A DNA stretch of 64,000 nt, from positions 122,993 to 186,992 of the forward strand of contig CANHVU010000001.1 of NCBI GenBank assembly GCA_947464275.1, read 5' to 3'. The translations under genes and the position numbers were made by a program. The stretch is from Bacteroidota bacterium (GTDB lineage Bacteria > Bacteroidota > Bacteroidia > UKL13-3). Below the pieces are notes generated by a model that was not told where the DNA came from, made no database searches, and was given only the letters and a program-made list of their open reading frames with translations. Below are positions 10,284 through 19,784 of this stretch, piece by piece (positions within the stretch are counted from its first letter, which is position 1; every line of letters starts with the position of its first letter).

Positions 10284-11645
10284 ATGAAAAAATCGAATAA
10301 CAAACTGTTAAAATGGCTTGGTGGAGCTGTAATCTTATTGATAATAATTGCGCTTATTGGAAAAAGTAAAGGTTGGTTTGGCGGTAAAAAAGAGATCAGT
10401 GTAAGTGTGAGTACCACCGAAATCACTACCATTATTGAAACAGTTAGTGCAAATGGTAAAATCCAACCTGAATCGGAAGTTAAAATTAGTTCAGATGTAA
10501 GTGGAGAAATAAGAGAGCTTTATGTGAAAGAAGGAGATTCGGTAACATACGGGCAATTATTGGCAAGGATAGATCCAGAATTATATGCCTCAGCTCTTGA
10601 TAGAAGCAATGCATCTTTAAGTAATGCAAAAGCTAATTTAGCAACTAGTAAAGCCAGATTAACACAGGCAGAAGCTCGTTTTGCAGAAATAGAAAAACAG
10701 TTTAATAGAACCAAAAAAATGGCAGAGCAAAAATTAATGAGCGAAGCCGAAGTTGAAACCGCTACCTCAAGTTATAAAAATGCGAAGGCTGAGGTAGAAG
10801 CTATTAAACAAAATGTTATTGGGGCTGATTATACTGTAAAAAGTTTTGAAGCAAGTTTAAAAGAAAGTCGTAAAAATTTAACCAGAACTGAAATCTTTGC
10901 ACCTGTTAGTGGTATTGTATCTGCATTAAAAGTAGAAAAAGGGGAACGTGTAGTTGGAACTTCACAAATGGCTGGAACTGAAATGATGCGAGTAGCTAAT
11001 TTAAATGCAATGGAAGTGAGTGTGGATGTAAATGAAAATGACATCATCAAAGTGGGTTTGGGCGATACTGCATTAATTGAAGTAGATGCTTATGGTACTC
11101 GAAAATTTAAAGGAATTGTATCGGAAATAGCCAATAGTGCAAGTGCTAATGGGGCCTCTACAAGTGATCAAGTAACTAATTTTGTTGTAAAAATAAAAAT
11201 ACTACGCAGCAGTTATACCGATTTAACGGCCAAATTTGGCAAACGTAAAGCTGTTTTCCGCCCGGGTATGAGTGCTAGTGTTGAAATTCAAACAGAGGTT
11301 GAAACAAATGTATTGGCAATTCCAATTGAGGCAGTTACAGTGAGACAAGCTAAAGATTTGGATACCTCTAAAACAGATAAAAAAGATGTGGAGGATTTTA
11401 AATTAAGTACCACTGATTCAAAAAAAGATGAAGTAGAAGTTGTATTTATTAATATTAATAATACTGCAAGCATTAGGAAGGTTACTACAGGCATACAAAA
11501 CGACAAACTAATAGTAATAACAAGTGGTTTGCAAAAAGGTGATAAAGTGGTAAGTGGACCTTATGCTACTGTTTCAAAAACACTTAAACACGGTGATAAA
11601 ATAAAACAAGTAAGCAAAGAAATGCTTTTTGAAGTAAAAAATTAG
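10284..11645 (+). CDS. HlyD-family efflux/secretion periplasmic adaptor subunit (membrane fusion protein)
   Basis: N-terminal TM anchor, a long coiled-coil segment (ALDRSNASLSNAKANLATSKARLTQAEARFAEIEKQ) and a beta-barrel/lipoyl-like C-terminus. Confidence 0.75.
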   Translation: MKKSNNKLLKWLGGAVILLIIIALIGKSKGWFGGKKEISVSVSTTEITTIIETVSANGKIQPESEVKISSDVSGEIRELYVKEGDSVTYGQLLARIDPELYASALDRSNASLSNAKANLATSKARLTQAEARFAEIEKQFNRTKKMAEQKLMSEAEVETATSSYKNAKAEVEAIKQNVIGADYTVKSFEASLKESRKNLTRTEIFAPVSGIVSALKVEKGERVVGTSQMAGTEMMRVANLNAMEVSVDVNENDIIKVGLGDTALIEVDAYGTRKFKGIVSEIANSASANGASTSDQVTNFVVKIKILRSSYTDLTAKFGKRKAVFRPGMSASVEIQTEVETNVLAIPIEAVTVRQAKDLDTSKTDKKDVEDFKLSTTDSKKDEVEVVFININNTASIRKVTTGIQNDKLIVITSGLQKGDKVVSGPYATVSKTLKHGDKIKQVSKEMLFEVKN

Positions 11646-11663
11646 GTTTAAGTTCTGTGGCCT

Positions 11664-12269
11664 TTACTTTCCATAAGGAACTCTGCTTACTATGCTTCGT
11701 CCTAATGTTATTTCATCGGCATATTCTAATTCGCCACCTATTGAAATACCTCGGCTTATGGTGCTAATTTGAATGGGTAAATGTGCTAATTTTTTTGAAA
11801 TATAAAATGTGGTGGTATCTCCTTCAGGAGTAGCACTCAAGGCAATTACTAATTCTTTAATATTTTCGGTTTCAGCACGGCTTACTAAGGAAGCAATTTT
11901 TAGTTCATCTGGTCCTATGCCGTTAATGGGCGAGATTACTCCACCTAAAACATGGTATAATCCATTGAATTGAGACGTGTTTTCAATAGCCATTACATCG
12001 CGTAAATCCTCTACCACGCAAACCAATTCACTATTGCGTTTATGGCTTTGGCAAATATTACATAATTCACCATCGCTAACATTATGGCACCGATTACAGT
12101 ATTTTATCAGAGTTCTAACTTGTTCAACTGCTTGAGCTAGTTTAATTACATCTTGAGGTTCTTGCTTTAAAATATGCAATACCATACGCAGTGCTGATTT
12201 TTTACCAACACCAGGAAATTTGGATAATTGATTTACAGCCTCTTCAATTAAGGCGGAAGGAAAGTTCAT
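11664..12269 (-). CDS. recR: recombination protein RecR
   Basis: HhH N-terminus, C4 zinc finger CNRCHNVSDGELCNICQ, Toprim domain. Length 201 aa. Confidence 0.9.
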   Translation of the reverse strand: MNFPSALIEEAVNQLSKFPGVGKKSALRMVLHILKQEPQDVIKLAQAVEQVRTLIKYCNRCHNVSDGELCNICQSHKRNSELVCVVEDLRDVMAIENTSQFNGLYHVLGGVISPINGIGPDELKIASLVSRAETENIKELVIALSATPEGDTTTFYISKKLAHLPIQISTISRGISIGGELEYADEITLGRSIVSRVPYGK

Positions 12270-12271
12270 AT

Positions 12272-13066
12272 TTAAACTGCTACCGCTCCTTTTATGGCCG
12301 GATGTGGATTGTAATTTTCTAATTCAAAATCCTCGTATTTAAAATCAAAAATGGATTTAACTTCTTTATTGATTTTCATGGTTGGATAAGGCCTTAAATC
12401 TCTACTTAATTGCAACTCTACTTGTTCAAAATGGTTGCTGTAAATATGTGCATCGCCAAAGGTGTGAATAAAATCGCCTGGTTCTAAATTGCAAACTTGT
12501 GCTATCATTAAAGTTAATAAAGCATAGCTTGCTATGTTAAACGGCACACCCAAAAACATGTCAGCACTACGCTGATACAATTGGCAGCTTAATTTACCAT
12601 TGGCTACATAAAATTGAAAAAAGGCGTGACAAGGCATTAAAGCCATTTTAGGTAAATCAGCCACATTCCAAGCACTTACTATAATTCTGCGGCTATCTGG
12701 ATTATTTTTTAAAGTTTCAATTACTTCGCTTAATTGGTCAATGGTTCCACCATCCGTTTTTGGCCAATTGCGCCATTGGTGCCCATAAACAGGACCAAGA
12801 TTTCCATCTTTATCAGCCCATTCGTCCCAAATTCTTACACCATTATCCGTTAAATATTTTGTATTCGTATCGCCTTTAATAAACCAAATCAATTCGTGTA
12901 TAATTGATTTTAAATGTACTTTTTTAGAGGTAATTAAAGGGAATCCTTTACTCAAATCAAATCTTATTTGAGCCCCAAAAATACTACGTGTACCAGTTCC
13001 AGTTCTGTCGCTTTTTTCCGCTCCAGTGCTATATACATGCTTTAATAATTCTTCGTATTGGTTCAT
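12272..13066 (-). CDS. thyA: thymidylate synthase
   Basis: Motifs [11 protein letters not shown] and the active-site region [10 protein letters not shown]. Length 264 aa. Confidence 0.92.
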   Translation of the reverse strand: MNQYEELLKHVYSTGAEKSDRTGTGTRSIFGAQIRFDLSKGFPLITSKKVHLKSIIHELIWFIKGDTNTKYLTDNGVRIWDEWADKDGNLGPVYGHQWRNWPKTDGGTIDQLSEVIETLKNNPDSRRIIVSAWNVADLPKMALMPCHAFFQFYVANGKLSCQLYQRSADMFLGVPFNIASYALLTLMIAQVCNLEPGDFIHTFGDAHIYSNHFEQVELQLSRDLRPYPTMKINKEVKSIFDFKYEDFELENYNPHPAIKGAVAV

Positions 13067-13198
13067 TTCTAAATATTATTTACAAATAAAATGAATAAAA
13101 CGGATAGAACACCTAAAAGTCAAAAAAAATATAGAATTACTTATTTTACAATAATAATTAGCATATTCGTGTTTTAAGTAATTATAAAAACTGTATTC

Positions 13199-15424
13199 AT
13201 GATAAAAAAATACTTACCTGCTTTGGCATTAACTTTAGCTACATTTTGGGGTAATGCACAAATAAATCAATCGCAAAAATTATCGGCTAATTTAATGCAA
13301 TTGCTTAGCAAACCAAATGCTGTAAATAGCAGTAGTAAAGCAGTATTGTCAAAAATAAAAGGCGAAACTTTTGTTAGCACTTTAATAAAAGTTACACCTC
13401 AAATAAATGAAAAAAGCATTACGCAATTAGGTGCGTTTATTGGTACAAAAGCGGGTAATATTTGGACAGTTCAAGTTCCAGTTTCACAGCTACAAAAATT
13501 TATTGCCATTACTCAAATTGATTATATCCAACTAGACGAACCTATTGCAAGTAATTTAGATGCGGCTATTAAATCGGCAAGGGCAGATTCTGTGCAGAAT
13601 GGAATTAATTTACCTTTGGCGTATTCAGGAAAAGGTGTGGTTGTTGGTATTATTGATGCAGGGTTTGACTACACGCATCCTACATTTTATGATACATCAG
13701 GAACCAATTTACGCATAAAACGTGTTTGGGAGCAACACAATGACGGTACGCCTCCAGTTGGTTACAATTATGGTAACGAGATAAGAGATACAGCTACCAT
13801 GTCAGTCAAAGGATTTGAAGTAAATAGTTTTTCGCATGGAACACACGTGGGCGGAATAGCTGCAGGTTCCGGTTATGGAACCAATAAAAAATGCCGTGGT
13901 TTAGCTTACGAAAGCGATATAGTAATAGTAGGTATTAAACCCGAAAAAACAGAATGGAAAACCTCTGGCATGGCCAGTATTTTAGATGGCATGAACTATA
14001 TTTACAACTATGCAAAATCGGTAAATAAACCTGCTGTAGTTAATTTGAGTTGGGGCAATTCTATTGGTCCTAACGATGGCAGTTCATTGTTCAGTCAAGC
14101 ATGTAATAATATGGTTGGTGAAGGTAAAATTTTTGTTTTATCAGCTGGGAATAATGGCGATGAAAATATCCATGTTCAAAAAAAATTTACCAATACAGAT
14201 ACTGCTTTACATAGCTTTGTTACTTTCCCAACCATTAATGGCGAAAAGCGCAACTGGATTGATGTTTGGGGCGAAGTTGGTAAGCAATTTTGCTTAAAAA
14301 TTAGTTTGTACAATGGCTCAACAGTAAGCAGTGCAACAACTGATATTTGTTTAAATAATAATACATTAGATACTTTTTTAGTTGGTTCAAAAAACGACAC
14401 CTGTTTTTTAACCATTACTGCCAAAGCCGCTGATTATAATGGTAAGCCACATATTCTGGTAGATGTATTTAGTAAGACAGCTGATAAATTTTGTGTAAGT
14501 GTATTAGGACAAAGTGGATTGGTGCACATGTGGCAAGGTTTTGTAAACGATTATAATGGTTATTATGGAGAGTTTACTGCGGGTGGTTTTCCATGGGGAA
14601 CCGCAGGCAATAGTAATTATACCTTAGGCGAAATGGCAAGCACACAATCAGCAATAACTGTAGCAGCTTATGCTTCTAAAATTACGTTTAAAAACTTAGC
14701 GGGTTCTAACCAAAGTTATTCGGGTTATGCTTTTCCGGGTCAAATTACACCATTTTCAAGTAAAGGCCCTACGGTAGATGGCAGAATTAAACCAGATATA
14801 GCAGCACCAGGAATGACTATTGCTTCTGCAGTTAACTCGTTTGATGTTTCTTATTTATCGGGTGGAAGTAATTATGCGCAAAGTGTAGCCAAGTTTACTT
14901 TTGCTAAAAATAACCGTGATTATTATTATGCTGAGGCAAGTGGCACATCTATGTCATCGCCAATGGTTGCTGGCATTGTAGCTTTATTGCTGCAAGCAAA
15001 CCCTAAATTGACTCCTGCGTTAATTAAGAACATCCTTTTTAAAACAGCCATTACCGATAGTTACACCAAACAACCTGTTGATTCAAGCCGATGGGGTGCT
15101 GGTAAAATTAATGCTTATGCAGCCATTAAACGCACCATTGCTACTATTGGAGTAACCGAACAAAAGTTCAAGCAAACACAAATTAATTTGTTTCCAAATC
15201 CTACTTCGGGCAGTTTTCAGTTGTCTTGCGAAGCAACCCAAAACAACGATTTGCAAGTAACCATTACCGATATAATGGGCAAATCCATTCAACAATATAA
15301 TTGGACTGCAGGTGATTCGAATAATACCTTAACCATTAATTTAGGAAACGAAAATAAAGGAGTTTATTTTGTGAGCATAAGCAATGGTTTTAGCACGGAG
15401 GTGCGCAAAGTATTGGTTTATTAA
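13199..15424 (+). CDS. S8 family serine peptidase (subtilase) with type-A T9SS C-terminal sorting domain
   Basis: Catalytic Asp (VVGIIDAGFD), His (HGTHVGG) and Ser (GTSMSSPMVAG). The CTD is LFPNPTSGSFQL...GVYFVSI...KVLVY. Confidence 0.85.
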   Translation: MIKKYLPALALTLATFWGNAQINQSQKLSANLMQLLSKPNAVNSSSKAVLSKIKGETFVSTLIKVTPQINEKSITQLGAFIGTKAGNIWTVQVPVSQLQKFIAITQIDYIQLDEPIASNLDAAIKSARADSVQNGINLPLAYSGKGVVVGIIDAGFDYTHPTFYDTSGTNLRIKRVWEQHNDGTPPVGYNYGNEIRDTATMSVKGFEVNSFSHGTHVGGIAAGSGYGTNKKCRGLAYESDIVIVGIKPEKTEWKTSGMASILDGMNYIYNYAKSVNKPAVVNLSWGNSIGPNDGSSLFSQACNNMVGEGKIFVLSAGNNGDENIHVQKKFTNTDTALHSFVTFPTINGEKRNWIDVWGEVGKQFCLKISLYNGSTVSSATTDICLNNNTLDTFLVGSKNDTCFLTITAKAADYNGKPHILVDVFSKTADKFCVSVLGQSGLVHMWQGFVNDYNGYYGEFTAGGFPWGTAGNSNYTLGEMASTQSAITVAAYASKITFKNLAGSNQSYSGYAFPGQITPFSSKGPTVDGRIKPDIAAPGMTIASAVNSFDVSYLSGGSNYAQSVAKFTFAKNNRDYYYAEASGTSMSSPMVAGIVALLLQANPKLTPALIKNILFKTAITDSYTKQPVDSSRWGAGKINAYAAIKRTIATIGVTEQKFKQTQINLFPNPTSGSFQLSCEATQNNDLQVTITDIMGKSIQQYNWTAGDSNNTLTINLGNENKGVYFVSISNGFSTEVRKVLVY

Positions 15425-15436
15425 AATTAGAAAAAT

Positions 15437-16588
15437 ATGTCAACAATTGAATCGTTTATAAAAAGATACGCAATAGGCAAAGGAATAGTAAGTGGCTATT
15501 TATCTGTGTTTTTTAGTTCATTAGCCCTTGGAGGGGTTTTATGTTTTTATTTTCCCGAAATATTAACCACACCTGAATTTAGAGAAGTGTATACAGCTAA
15601 ATCAATGAAGGTTTTGCTTACAGCAACGCTAATTATTTCAATGCTTTTTGGCTTAAGTAATGTAATATTAAGTACCAAAAGAGCCAGAGGGATTTGGGGA
15701 ATTTTTATAGCATGCATAACCATCATTATTGGTGGATTTGATGTACAAGGAAGAGCAGTAGAAAAAGCTAATTGGCATTTAGGATTAGACTGGCTTTTAC
15801 TGGATTTATTGCTTATGGCTATTATTTTTATTCCCATAGAAATGGTATTTCCTAAACGCGAAAATCAAGATAGATTTCATACTGAATGGAGAACAGATTT
15901 AATTTATTTTACCATTAGTCATTTACTCATTCAGTTTTTTGGAGTAATTACACAAAAGCCTGCCGTGATTTTTTTTGGTAAAATGAATTTAGAGTCGTTC
16001 CAGTTGTGGGTTCAAAACTTGCCATTGGGCCTTGAACTTCTTTTTGCTTTTTTTATTACCGATGTATTCCAATATTGGGCACATAGAATATTTCATTCGC
16101 ACCAATATTTATGGCGTTTTCATGCAGTTCACCACTCTACCCAAACCATGGATTGGTTGGCAGGAAGTAGAACTCATTTTATTGATATTTTCTTTACGCG
16201 CTCCATTACATTTATTCCTTTGTATGTATGTGGATTTTCGCCATTGGTATTTAATATTTACATTGTAGTAATAGCTATTCATGCTGTATTTATTCATGCC
16301 AATACGCGCATTAATATTGGTTTCTTAAAATATGTATTTACCACACCTCAATACCATCATTGGCACCATTGTATAGAAGAAGATAAATACGGAAAAAACT
16401 TTGCTGTATTTTTCCCAGTTATTGATAGGATATTTGGCACTTATTATTTACCCGAAAATGAATGGCCAAAAGGTACAGGATTAAACGAAGCACAATTTCC
16501 GGTAGGATACACCAAGCAATTAATTTATCCATTTAAAATAAATCCTTTTGAAGCCAAAATAGCTGACAATAAAGAGAGTAAAAGGTAA
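15437..16588 (+). CDS. fatty acid hydroxylase / sterol desaturase superfamily integral membrane protein
   Basis: Multiple TM helices. His boxes HRIFHSH, HAVHHS and HHWHH. Confidence 0.7.
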   Translation: MSTIESFIKRYAIGKGIVSGYLSVFFSSLALGGVLCFYFPEILTTPEFREVYTAKSMKVLLTATLIISMLFGLSNVILSTKRARGIWGIFIACITIIIGGFDVQGRAVEKANWHLGLDWLLLDLLLMAIIFIPIEMVFPKRENQDRFHTEWRTDLIYFTISHLLIQFFGVITQKPAVIFFGKMNLESFQLWVQNLPLGLELLFAFFITDVFQYWAHRIFHSHQYLWRFHAVHHSTQTMDWLAGSRTHFIDIFFTRSITFIPLYVCGFSPLVFNIYIVVIAIHAVFIHANTRINIGFLKYVFTTPQYHHWHHCIEEDKYGKNFAVFFPVIDRIFGTYYLPENEWPKGTGLNEAQFPVGYTKQLIYPFKINPFEAKIADNKESKR

Positions 16589-16608
16589 TTGCAAGAAATG
16601 ATTGTAAC

Positions 16609-17172
16609 ATGAAAACACAAATAGTTTTAATAATACCAATAATACTTTTAACTATTTTAAGTTGCAAGGACGATTGCAAACCAAACTCAGTTGGCTCTGA
16701 AGAGAAATTATCTTCACAAAGAGTCCTTACACTTTTTCCTTATAAAGGAGATGAAAAATTACGGTTTTTGAAAAATGGAACAGACACAGTTATTTTTAGT
16801 AATACTGGTTTCATTGATGGATACAATTATGTTACAAGTCAAACTGATTGCCCATATCAGATAAAACTTCAATATAAAAGCATGACATTTATTGACAGCA
16901 TTGGTAGTAATAGATTTCAGCTTGTTAATTATAGAAATACATTTTATGGTAATGATTTTATGTTAAAACTCAATAATCAAATTTTATTTAATGACGCCTC
17001 GATAAGTTTCATTTTATTAGACCCACCATATAAATCAGTAACAATTAATAATAGAAAATACGACACTTTAACTTATGTAGAGAACAACAGTAGTTATGCC
17101 TATTATAAAACTTACACCACTGGTATGGTAAAGTTTAAAATTGATAATAATGTATTTGAGTTAGTTCCTTAA
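16609..17172 (+). CDS. hypothetical lipoprotein (paralog A)
   Basis: Lipobox ILSC. Shares architecture and motifs with the next gene (…DTVIFSN / …DTSVF, conserved Cys pair). Confidence 0.45.
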   Translation: MKTQIVLIIPIILLTILSCKDDCKPNSVGSEEKLSSQRVLTLFPYKGDEKLRFLKNGTDTVIFSNTGFIDGYNYVTSQTDCPYQIKLQYKSMTFIDSIGSNRFQLVNYRNTFYGNDFMLKLNNQILFNDASISFILLDPPYKSVTINNRKYDTLTYVENNSSYAYYKTYTTGMVKFKIDNNVFELVP

Positions 17173-17190
17173 AAGTTTAATAATTGTAAC

Positions 17191-17769
17191 ATGAAAAGAT
17201 TAATATTCATCATTCCTTTAATACTACTTTTGTTTAAAGCTTGTAAGCCTGATGAAGGATGCGTTGACAATAATTACTATGAATATCAGTTAGAAGAAGA
17301 TTTAAATGTGGTGCCTTACAAAGACTTTTCTGAACTGACTTTTATAAACAAAACAACACGCGATACTTCTGTTTTTATTGGCCAGGGGTATGTCTATGAT
17401 TGGGGAAAATATACCACCCAAGAAGAATGCCCTCAAACTTATAACCTGCAACGCAGGTATATAATATTTAACTGTACAAAGAATACTGATAAAATTAGTA
17501 TTGAAAATACATTTATTAAATATGGTATTAGAACAATGAACTTTAGTTGGAACAATAAAGGAAAAGCACTTTACCCAAGCTATTTTAGTGGTCCATTTGC
17601 TTACGATTCTCTAAATATTGAAGGTAAATATTATTATAATGTAAAAGATTTTACTTCAATAAAATCAACTACAGAGTTTGGCTTTTTATATACAAAAACT
17701 GAAGGTTTGATTAGATTGGTAAATCCATTAACCAATGACACCCTCAACTTAATAAGCCTCAAACTATGA
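17191..17769 (+). CDS. hypothetical lipoprotein (paralog B)
   Basis: Lipobox FKAC. Tandem paralog of 16609-17172. The 15-nt leader ATTGTAACATGAAAA is shared. Confidence 0.45.
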   Translation: MKRLIFIIPLILLLFKACKPDEGCVDNNYYEYQLEEDLNVVPYKDFSELTFINKTTRDTSVFIGQGYVYDWGKYTTQEECPQTYNLQRRYIIFNCTKNTDKISIENTFIKYGIRTMNFSWNNKGKALYPSYFSGPFAYDSLNIEGKYYYNVKDFTSIKSTTEFGFLYTKTEGLIRLVNPLTNDTLNLISLKL

Positions 17770-17794
17770 GAAAGATTAAAGTTTGATATGTAGC

Positions 17795-18247
17795 TTAATA
17801 CTTTATTCCCAATCTTTGGTAAACAAAGCCTAAAAGCCAAGCTGGCCCAATCAGTAAAAATTGTAAGTCTTTTAAAAACGAAGGTTTTTTGCCTTCTATT
17901 TTATGTCCGTAAAATTGGCCTAACCAAGCCATTACAAAAATGCCCAATGCTATTTTCCAAAGTGCTATAGGCAAGTGGCATAAAGCAATGGCTCCCATAA
18001 AACAAACAAAGTAAAACAACAACAAACCAATAGCCAATTTAGGCGATAATCGGGCATAAAATACCGTAGCAAATATCATTAATATGCCAGCTAAATTGAG
18101 CACTCCCGCTATAGGAACCAACGAAAATAAGCACACAATACTAAAAAATATACTTGGTACACATATCCAATGAATTAATTTATTAGTAGGGTTTTGGTGG
18201 CTTTCGCTATATTCGTTAAACCAATCTTGTATTGTTTTTTGAGCCAT
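17795..18247 (-). CDS. DUF962/Mpo1-like membrane protein
   Basis: Motif HQNPTNKLIHWICVP plus three or four TM helices. Length 150 aa. Confidence 0.5.
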   Translation of the reverse strand: MAQKTIQDWFNEYSESHQNPTNKLIHWICVPSIFFSIVCLFSLVPIAGVLNLAGILMIFATVFYARLSPKLAIGLLLFYFVCFMGAIALCHLPIALWKIALGIFVMAWLGQFYGHKIEGKKPSFLKDLQFLLIGPAWLLGFVYQRLGIKY

Positions 18248-18265
18248 AAATTTTATAGGTACTAA

Positions 18266-19669
18266 CTAGCTGTTTCTATAACTTTCAATTATTTCGGTAA
18301 GCGAAGTAGCTTGCTGTAATTTTGGTAATATTTCGTAAATCAAAAAATAATCGTCAAACTTTAAAAGCAAGCCAATTTCCAAGTGTTTTTTAGCCTCTTC
18401 TATTTGCCCGTTTTCATATAAGTAGCAAACCAAACGGTAATGGTATTGATGGCAATCGTAATTTGTTTTTACCGCTTCCAAAATCATTTCAATGGCTTCT
18501 TTGGTAAATCCTTGGGTATATTTTACAAAACTCCAATCTAACCAAGCTTCCATCATGGTAGCATCTAACTCTACCAATTTAGCATAAGTTTCTTCGCAGT
18601 TTTCTATTTGATTTAAGCGGTATTGTGTTTCGCCCAAAACCAATAAATATTCAGCATTATCTTGCTCCAGCATACATGCACGTTGGTAAAAAGGTAATGC
18701 TTCTTTGTTTTTATTTTCTTTTTCAAAAGTTAAACCTATTCCAAACCATGCCTCAGCAATATTTGGGTTCAAATCGGTAGCTTTTTTGTAATTGGCTCTA
18801 GCTTCCTCGTTTTTATTCATGCGCTCATAGCATCCGCCCAAATTACAATAAGTAATGGCATCTGCACCGTCTTCGGCTATGGCACTTTTGTATTCAGCTA
18901 TGGCTTCATCGTAACGTTCTAGCTCCACCAAAACATTGGCTTTATTAAATTTAGCAGCAGTAAATTCTTCATCAATTGCTAAGCAAAATTCATAAGCATC
19001 CAAGGCTTCTTCAAACCTTTCGGTTTTATAATAAATAATACCCAAATTATACCAGCCTGTGGTGCTATATGGTTCGTTATCTATTAATTGTTTGTAATAA
19101 AATATGGCATTTTCATAATCACCTAATTGGTTGAAACAATGCCCTATTTCGTAATACGATTGTTCAATTTCGGGAAACTCATTAATTAATATTTTAAAAT
19201 ATTCAACCGCTTTGGCATACATATCACAATCTTCGTAAACATAAGCTATTTCAAAAAGCATGTCCAAACGTTCATCGGTGTATTGCAGTGCTTTTTCAAA
19301 ACAAATAGCAGCCTCATTAAACTGGCGAAGATTAATTAAGGTTTCGCCTTTTAGCAAATGCAAATCGGTATTAAATGGCTCAAAATTTTCTACTGTTTCA
19401 AGTTCTTCTAAAGCGCTTTCATAGCGTTCGCCTAAAATATAAACTTCAGCTTTTTGTAATAAAAACTCGCTATGCGATTGGTATAAATTTAAAGCATAGG
19501 TAACAGCCGCAAAGGCTTTCTTTAACTTATTGGTTTGTATATAATAATCAATTATTCCTTCAAGAGTTTCAGCATCAAAGTATTCGGTGGTTTTGTTGCG
19601 CAACATTTTCTCGTAACGTTGTACATCATTGCTCACATCTTCACTTAAAAAGTCTTCACCATCCATCAT
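18266..19669 (-). CDS. tetratricopeptide repeat protein
   Basis: At least 10 TPR-like units (AxxxYxxAL..P pattern throughout). The track start at 19675 is a TTG; the ATG at 19669 is preferred. Confidence 0.7.
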   Translation of the reverse strand: MMDGEDFLSEDVSNDVQRYEKMLRNKTTEYFDAETLEGIIDYYIQTNKLKKAFAAVTYALNLYQSHSEFLLQKAEVYILGERYESALEELETVENFEPFNTDLHLLKGETLINLRQFNEAAICFEKALQYTDERLDMLFEIAYVYEDCDMYAKAVEYFKILINEFPEIEQSYYEIGHCFNQLGDYENAIFYYKQLIDNEPYSTTGWYNLGIIYYKTERFEEALDAYEFCLAIDEEFTAAKFNKANVLVELERYDEAIAEYKSAIAEDGADAITYCNLGGCYERMNKNEEARANYKKATDLNPNIAEAWFGIGLTFEKENKNKEALPFYQRACMLEQDNAEYLLVLGETQYRLNQIENCEETYAKLVELDATMMEAWLDWSFVKYTQGFTKEAIEMILEAVKTNYDCHQYHYRLVCYLYENGQIEEAKKHLEIGLLLKFDDYFLIYEILPKLQQATSLTEIIESYRNS

Positions 19670-19784
19670 ACGCAAAATTCAAATTTGTTTTACAAATATA
19701 AGTTCATAAATTATTTAAATGGTCTTTTTCAGGTCAGATATTTTATAAATATTTGAAAACTTGATTAAAACAAACCTTTCGTTC

